DNA of 32,874 bases, from NCBI GenBank assembly GCA_040218735.1, contig JAVJQW010000026.1, positions 1 to 32,874 of the forward strand, written 5' to 3'. Shown here one piece after another: positions 27,363-32,874 of the stretch. The position numbers and the translations under genes were made by a program. Origin of the DNA: Deltaproteobacteria bacterium (lineage in GTDB: Bacteria > Myxococcota > Kuafuiibacteriia > Kuafuiibacteriales > Kuafuiibacteriaceae). Below the pieces are notes generated by a model. That model had not been told where the DNA came from and ran no database searches. It worked only from the letters and a program-made list of their open reading frames with translations. Every line of letters starts with the position of its first letter. Positions within the stretch are counted from its first letter, which is position 1.

Positions 27363-28204
27363 GCGAGAGCAAGCTCCCGTCCTGGCCGCCGTACCTCGTG
27401 GCCTTCCTCTCGTTCGTGGGGATCAACGTCATCGCCGCGATTGTCGTGGGCGGGTATCTGTTCGCGACGGCCGGGGACCCGTCGCTGCCGATGGACGCGC
27501 GCGTCGAGCAGCTCGCGAAGCTCTCCTCGACCCCGCAGGCGCTGGTGTTGTCGGTCGTGCTGACGAGTACGCTGTTCATCGTCATCGGAGCCTGGGCCTC
27601 GGCGCGTGGCGGTCGGCGCTCCGGCGCGGCGGTCGTGCGCCGGATGCGACTGTATCCGGTCGATGCGCGCGACGCGTTTGCGGCGAGCGTCGGTGTGTTG
27701 GGGACGAGCATGGTGCTCGACGTGTTCGTCGAGGTCCTGGGGCTCGGCGGTCAGGGGTCGCTCGGATCGATTCACGACGCGCTGAACGTGCTGCCCGGAC
27801 ACTTGCTCTTCGCGGCCGCGTTGGTGGTCGGGGTGTTTCCGGGCATCGGCGAGGAGGTGTTCTTCCGCGGCTTCCTCATGCGACGCATCGAGGCCGCGGA
27901 CGGGTGGAAGACGGCGTGGGTCGCGAGCTCGATCCTGTTCGGCATCTTCCACTTCGATCCGATCCACTCCCCCACCGCGGGGCTGATCGGGCTGTACCTC
28001 GGGTGGATGGTGTTGCGGTCGGGGTCGCTCTGGGTGGGCGTCGTGGCACACACGTTGAACAACTTCGTCGCGACGGTGACCGTCGGCCGCCCGATCCCGG
28101 ACGCGCTGGCGCCGCTCGTCGCGTTCGTGGGACTCGCGGCGGCGGGGTCGGCCGTTTGGTACGTGAAGGAGCGCCGGCCGACCGTGGTCGCCGGGGACTG
28201 GTGA
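27359..28204 (+). CDS. CPBP family intramembrane glutamic endopeptidase (CAAX/Abi)
   Basis: Multiple TM segments; GIGEEVFFRG, LFGIFH, AHTLNN. Confidence 0.92.
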   Translation: MSESKLPSWPPYLVAFLSFVGINVIAAIVVGGYLFATAGDPSLPMDARVEQLAKLSSTPQALVLSVVLTSTLFIVIGAWASARGGRRSGAAVVRRMRLYPVDARDAFAASVGVLGTSMVLDVFVEVLGLGGQGSLGSIHDALNVLPGHLLFAAALVVGVFPGIGEEVFFRGFLMRRIEAADGWKTAWVASSILFGIFHFDPIHSPTAGLIGLYLGWMVLRSGSLWVGVVAHTLNNFVATVTVGRPIPDALAPLVAFVGLAAAGSAVWYVKERRPTVVAGDW

Positions 28205-28208
28205 ACGA

Positions 28209-29699
28209 ATGACTTGGGAAGACTTCGAACGACGCATGCACGAGCTGTCCGATCTGAAGGGGGTCATCGGGCTCCTCGGGTGGGACGAAGAGACGTACAC
28301 GCCGAGCCAGGGCCGCGCTGCGCGCGGACGCCAGACCGGGACGCTGGAGGCGATCAAACACCGGTGGTTGGTGGACCCGGCGCTCGAAGACGCGATCGCC
28401 GGGCTGCTCGCGGACACCTCGCTCGAGGAGGAGCGTCGTGTGATGGTCGAGCGCGTCGACCGTGAGCGGCGGTTGGCGGCACGGGTGCCGGAGTCGTTGG
28501 TGAAGCGCTTCGCCGAGGCGCGTTCGGCGTCGTTGTCGGCGTGGCAGGCGGCGAAGACGGAGGACGACTTCGCTTCGTTTGCGCCGCACCTCGAGACGAT
28601 CGTCTCGATTCTGCGGGAGCGCGCAGATGCGCTCGGGAGCGAGACGGGCAACCGCTACGACGCGCTGCTCGAGGAGTACGAACCGGGCATGACGGAGGCG
28701 CGGCTGACGCCGGTGCTCGACGCGCTCGTGAAGGGGCTCGTGCCGATCGTGGAGGAGCTCGCGGAGGGGACGGCGCCGGACGCGTCGTTCCTCGCGAAGA
28801 AGTACGGCGACGCCGGGCAGTGGGACTTCACGATGCGGGTGCTCGCGGACCTCGGCTTCGCGTTGGACCGCGGCCGGCAGGATCGTTCGGCGCACCCGTT
28901 CACGGCGACGTCGAGCGAGGACGACGTACGGGTGACGACGAAGATCCTCGAGGACCACCTCACGACGTCGATCTTCTCGACGATCCACGAGTGCGGTCAT
29001 GGGCTGTACGAGCAAGGCTTCGACCCGGCGCACGCGCGGACTTCGTTGGCGGCGGCGCCGAGTATGGGGCTGCACGAGTCGCAGTCGCGGCTGTGGGAGA
29101 ACCAGATCGGACGGAGCCTCCCGTTCTGGCGTCGGTACCTCCCGGTGCTCGCGGAGCACTTCGGCGCGCAGCTCGAGGGCGTCACCCCCGAGCAGTTCTA
29201 CGGCGCGGTGAATCGCGTGGAGCGCTCGTTCATTCGCACCGAGGCGGACGAGGTGACGTACAACCTGCACATCGCGCTGCGCTACGAGTTGGAGCGCGCG
29301 CTGCTGTCGGGGGATCTGGCGCCGAAGGATTTGCCCGGCGCGTGGAACGAGAAGATGGAGAAGTACCTCGGCGTCACGCCGCCCGACGACGCACACGGGT
29401 GCCTCCAAGACATCCACTGGGCGTGGGGGGCGATCGGTTACTTCCCGACGTACTCGATCGGGAACCTCTACTCCGCGCAGCTGCTCGCGGCGTACGAGGC
29501 GGAGCGCCCCGAGCTGTGGGACGACGTGGAGGCGGGCGACTTCGCGCGGCTGCTGTCGTGGCTGCGCGAGAAGGTGCACCGGGTCGGTTATCGTTACGAC
29601 GCAGAGGAGATCGTACGTCGAGCGACGGGATCGGGGCTCCAGGTCGCGCCGTTGGTCGACGCGCTCCGCGCGAAGTACCGGCCGCTCTACGGCCTGTAG
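28209..29699 (+). CDS. Carboxypeptidase M32 (Taq type)
   Basis: LLGWD, YDALLEEYEPG, SAHPF, DVRVTT, IHECGHGLYEQ, HESQS, IRTEADE, QDIHW, GYFPTY. Confidence 0.96.
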   Translation: MTWEDFERRMHELSDLKGVIGLLGWDEETYTPSQGRAARGRQTGTLEAIKHRWLVDPALEDAIAGLLADTSLEEERRVMVERVDRERRLAARVPESLVKRFAEARSASLSAWQAAKTEDDFASFAPHLETIVSILRERADALGSETGNRYDALLEEYEPGMTEARLTPVLDALVKGLVPIVEELAEGTAPDASFLAKKYGDAGQWDFTMRVLADLGFALDRGRQDRSAHPFTATSSEDDVRVTTKILEDHLTTSIFSTIHECGHGLYEQGFDPAHARTSLAAAPSMGLHESQSRLWENQIGRSLPFWRRYLPVLAEHFGAQLEGVTPEQFYGAVNRVERSFIRTEADEVTYNLHIALRYELERALLSGDLAPKDLPGAWNEKMEKYLGVTPPDDAHGCLQDIHWAWGAIGYFPTYSIGNLYSAQLLAAYEAERPELWDDVEAGDFARLLSWLREKVHRVGYRYDAEEIVRRATGSGLQVAPLVDALRAKYRPLYGL

Positions 29700-29747
29700 A
29701 TCATCGGCCCATTGCGGGGGCCGCGGGGCGGTGGGAGCGTTTCGTTC

Positions 29748-31280
29748 GTGAAGAAGAGCGCGCCGGAGCTGCCGATCACCTCGCCGATCCCGTTCTGCCC
29801 GGGGTCGAACGGGGAGGTGGTGCCGCGGGTGCCGACGGCGCGGGACCGGCACGCGCAGGAGCTCTTTCTACGGCTCGTCGACGAGAAGTCGAAGCGCGTG
29901 GGGATGGACCGGCGTGCGTTTGCGCAGAGTGTGTTCGGGACGGCGACGGCGCTGTACGTGATCAACAACGTCTACGGGTGCGCGGGTGACGACGTCGGCG
30001 GCGGGCCGCGCGACGGAGGTTTCTCGGACGCCGGGTCGCCGGCACGTGACGGTGGTGAGGTGGCGGGGCGCGACGCGGGGTACGGCGTCGATGCGTCGAT
30101 GATGGAGGACGCGGGCGTCGCGTGTGACGCACTGGAGGGCAATGAGTTCATCTTCGACGTGCAGACGCACCACGTGAACCCGACGGGAGCGTGGCGCCAG
30201 AACAACGCGGCGTGGGCGCTGTTCCTTCAGAGCCTCCCGCAGGCGGCGTGCGGGGAGTCGATGCGGATCGACTGTTACGACACGCAGCACTACATCCGCG
30301 AGATGTTCCTGGAGAGTGATACGAGCGTCGCTGTGCTGTCCGCAGTGCCGGCGGATCCGGGGGAGAGCCCGCTCGAGATCCAGGAGGCGAACGAGACGCT
30401 CGCCGTGGTGGATCGGTTGAGCGATCAGTCGCACCGCCTGCTGCTACACGGGTTGGTGTTACCGGATCAGGGGCCGGGGCAGCTCGACGGGATGCAGCGG
30501 CTCGCGGAGGAGCTGAACGTCTCGGCGTGGAAGGTGTACACGCCGTACGGCGGGTGGCGGCTCGACGATCCGCAGATCGGCATCCCGTTCATCGAGCGGG
30601 CGAGGGCGGTCGGCGTGAAGCGGATCTGCGCGCACAAGGGGCTGCCGCTGGTGGGGTTCGATCGGAACTTCGCTTCGCCGGACGACATCGGCGTCGTCGC
30701 GGCGGCGTACCCGGACGTGGACTTCGTCGTCTATCACTCGGGTTACGAGCCGGATACGACGGAGGGGCCGTACGACGGGGCGAATCCGCAGGGCGTGGAT
30801 CGGCTGATCAAGTCGATGCAGGACAACGGGGTCGGTCCGAACGCCAACGTCTACGCTGAGCTCGGGACGACCTGGCGTGACGTGATGACTTCGCCGACGG
30901 AGGCGGGGCACGTGCTCGGCAAGTTGTTGCGGTACGTCGGCGAGGACAACGTGGTGTGGGGGACGGACTCGATCTGGTACGGGTCGCCGCAGGATCAGAT
31001 CATGGCCTTCCGGGCGTTCGAGATCTCGGCCGGGATGCAGATGATGTACGGCTACCCGGAGCTGACGCCCGAGATCAAAGCGAAGGTCTTCGGGCTGAAC
31101 GGCGCGCGCCTGTACGGACTCGACCCGCAGGCCACGCGCTGCGCGATCGACGAGGACGAGCTGAACATGCTCGGCATGGAGTACCGCGAGCAGCGCGGAC
31201 CCTCGTTCAAACGGTACGGGCCGCAGTCGAGGCGTGAGTTCTTCGCGTTCCTGAATTCACGGGGCGGACAGCCGGGATGA
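29748..31280 (+). CDS. Amidohydrolase_2-family metallohydrolase
   Basis: FDVQTHH, WKVYT, ICAHKG, YHSG, NVYAELG, WGTDSIWYG, KVFGLNGARLY; GGGAG upstream of GTG 29748. Confidence 0.9.
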   Translation: MKKSAPELPITSPIPFCPGSNGEVVPRVPTARDRHAQELFLRLVDEKSKRVGMDRRAFAQSVFGTATALYVINNVYGCAGDDVGGGPRDGGFSDAGSPARDGGEVAGRDAGYGVDASMMEDAGVACDALEGNEFIFDVQTHHVNPTGAWRQNNAAWALFLQSLPQAACGESMRIDCYDTQHYIREMFLESDTSVAVLSAVPADPGESPLEIQEANETLAVVDRLSDQSHRLLLHGLVLPDQGPGQLDGMQRLAEELNVSAWKVYTPYGGWRLDDPQIGIPFIERARAVGVKRICAHKGLPLVGFDRNFASPDDIGVVAAAYPDVDFVVYHSGYEPDTTEGPYDGANPQGVDRLIKSMQDNGVGPNANVYAELGTTWRDVMTSPTEAGHVLGKLLRYVGEDNVVWGTDSIWYGSPQDQIMAFRAFEISAGMQMMYGYPELTPEIKAKVFGLNGARLYGLDPQATRCAIDEDELNMLGMEYREQRGPSFKRYGPQSRREFFAFLNSRGGQPG

Positions 31281-32113
31281 TCCCGTCGTTTCTGTACGGC
31301 ACGGCCTGGAAGGAGGAGCGCACTGCCGCGCTCACCACGCTCGCGCTGCGCGCCGGCTTCGTGGGGATCGACACCGCGAACCAGCGCAAACACTACTTCG
31401 AAGCGGGCGTGGGGGAGGGCATCGCGGCGGCGATCGAGGCGGGCGTCGTCACGCGAGAGCAGCTCTTCTTGCAGACGAAGTTCACGTACCAGCGCGGGCA
31501 GGACCATCGGCTGCCGTACGACCCGGCCGCGCGCCCCGCGGAGCAGGTGCGGCAGTCGTTCGCGAAGTCACTCGAGCAACTGCGGACCACCTACCTCGAC
31601 TCCCTGGTGCTGCATGGGCCCGAGCTCCGCAGCGGCCTCACCGACACGGACCGCGAGGTGTGGGCGACGATGAGCGCGCTGGTCGACGAAGGATGCGTGC
31701 GCCACATCGGCGTGAGCAACGTCGCGCCGGATCAGCTCGCACTGCTCTTCGAAGCCGAAGGCCACGCGCCGAGGTTCGTGCAGAACCGCTGCTACGCGCG
31801 GCTGGGTTGGGACGCCGAGGTCCGCGCGCTCTGCGGCGAGCACGACGTGATCTACCAGGGCTTCTCGCTCCTCACCGCCAACACCAAGGCGCTGTCACAC
31901 CCCGACGTTCGAACGATCGCCCAACGCCACGGCGCGACGATCCCGCAGGTCGTCTTCGCCTTCGCCCGCGCGGTGGGGATGCTCCCGCTGACGGGCACCT
32001 CGGACCCGAAGCACATGGCGCAGGACCTGGAGGCGATGACGCTGACGCTCACGCCCGAGGAGGTCGAGCACATGGGGGACATCGCTATCTCCCCGCCTTC
32101 GCGCCACGCGTGA
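31277..32113 (+). CDS. Aldo/keto reductase
   Basis: YGTAWK, IDTAN..KHY, REQLFLQTKFT, YLDSLVLHGP, IGVSN, VQNR, YQGFS, PLTGT. Confidence 0.93.
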   Translation: MIPSFLYGTAWKEERTAALTTLALRAGFVGIDTANQRKHYFEAGVGEGIAAAIEAGVVTREQLFLQTKFTYQRGQDHRLPYDPAARPAEQVRQSFAKSLEQLRTTYLDSLVLHGPELRSGLTDTDREVWATMSALVDEGCVRHIGVSNVAPDQLALLFEAEGHAPRFVQNRCYARLGWDAEVRALCGEHDVIYQGFSLLTANTKALSHPDVRTIAQRHGATIPQVVFAFARAVGMLPLTGTSDPKHMAQDLEAMTLTLTPEEVEHMGDIAISPPSRHA

Positions 32114-32721
32114 GTCGGGCCAGCGGATACTGCTTTAGGCCCAATGCCGGTGAGTTAGCGGATCTGGCCACCTGGAAAGGCCGTAGGCGGGGCATGACGC
32201 GCCCGACGCACCTTGGAACGATCGCCCGACGCTGGTGCCCCCGCCGGCCCGCGCGGGCCGCGCTCCACGTCGGTAGGAGGACGGCGGTCGACTCCGCTCG
32301 ATGGCCGGCGCTCGCAGTGCTCCGTATGTTGCGGTCGCGGCGCGGCCATCCCCCTGATGGAGCTTCGCGGCCTCGCACGCGAGTGACCCACGCCGCCTTC
32401 GACGCGTTCACGAGACCACGGGGTTGAGCGTCGGATGATTGCGCCGGCGGCGGTCGAGGGCTGCGATGGACCGGTGAGGTTCGCCGGCTGGGTAGGGGGA
32501 ATGGGCGGTCGCGCAAGTTGAGTTGCGGAAGAATTTTCGTTCTCTTTTGGGGGTTGACGGAATTGGAGGCCCTGTCCGGGCCATCTGTTCGACGAACGCA
32601 GCGCATTTCGAAGTTTTTGGACTTGGACTCGTCTTCGGATGCTGACGGTCCGTATCGTGCGTCCTCGCACGTCTCGGGCCGTCATTCTCGGACCGCGCCA
32701 AATCGCGTTTCGAGGGCTCGA

Positions 32722-32739
32722 TGATATCTTCGTCGCATG
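32722..32739 (+). promoter_or_regulatory. Putative extended -10 (TG-A-TATCTT) 6 nt before an ATG (leaderless-type start)
   Basis: TGATATCTTcgtcgcATG; no Shine-Dalgarno close to the ATG. Confidence 0.4.
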
Positions 32740-32874
32740 GTGCGTCGTGACGCGGACGGATCCGGAGACGCGCAAGCGTCGACGGATCGGTGCGCTGGCT
32801 ACGCCTCTCCAACGGATGAGAGTTCCGTCCCGGTAAGCGCCGGAGCGCCGGGTAGCAGGCCCCAGGTCGAGAAG
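32740..32874 (+). mobile_element. Probable group II intron 5' end (start of domain I); truncated by window end
   Basis: Begins with the consensus GTGCG. Dense hairpins follow (GATCCG..GACGC-GCAA-GCGTC..CGGATC; CTCTC..GAGAG; CCCGG..CCGGG), then GTAGCAG. Similar in length to the intron fragment at the other end. Confidence 0.6.

Noticed and set aside
27359-28204. Abortive-infection defence gene
   Set aside because: The Abi label of CPBP proteases is not evidence of defence, and the context is housekeeping peptidases.
32183-32212. GTAG-type REP-like palindrome
   Set aside because: Imperfect, single copy in the window, and no associated transposase.
32554-32590. TTGACG as a sigma-70 -35 box
   Set aside because: No TAnnnT at a 16-18 nt spacing.
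32790-32794. Alternative intron 5' end at the second GTGCG
   Set aside because: Less favoured: it is not preceded by ATG and leaves the upstream GCAA-capped hairpin unexplained. It cannot be fully excluded without the full intron.
32085-32836. Short ORFs at the right end
   Set aside because: No recognisable motifs, atypical composition and mutually overlapping.

Overview
Very GC-rich bacterial DNA carrying about 27 protein-coding genes, almost all on the + strand. A Myxococcota-like host is inferred from a myxobacterial Cys-rich repeat, PEGA and AgmX/PglI-like proteins and an ECF sigma/FecR-TPR pair. Both ends look like pieces of a group II intron. Nt 1-140 hold domain V and domain VI with a bulged A, and end in AAGGA-7nt-ATG, which is the ribosome-binding site and start codon of the first gene. 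Nt 32740-32874 begin with GTGCG directly after an ATG. Together they suggest a multicopy intron that inserts just after start codons and rebuilds a translation start at its 3' end. Between the ends lie, in order: a DUF4139-like secreted protein; a PARG-like macrodomain protein; an ECF sigma/anti-sigma/Cys-rich lipoprotein module; a nitrilase-family lipoprotein coupled to a pseudaminic acid operon (spsF-like, class III aminotransferase, pseC, pseB, pseG, pseI, pseH-like); and PEGA/AgmX-like proteins. These are followed by an envelope metallo-hydrolase cluster (PafA-type phosphatase, a porin with a 141-aa His/Cys repeat domain, a CehA/McbA PHP lipoprotein, an EF-hand-like protein, erpA), an orphan FliK/YscP-like protein, a CPBP protease, an M32 carboxypeptidase, an amidohydrolase and an aldo-keto reductase. 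All family calls come from motifs read by eye, not from database searches. No CRISPR, rRNA or tRNA was seen.
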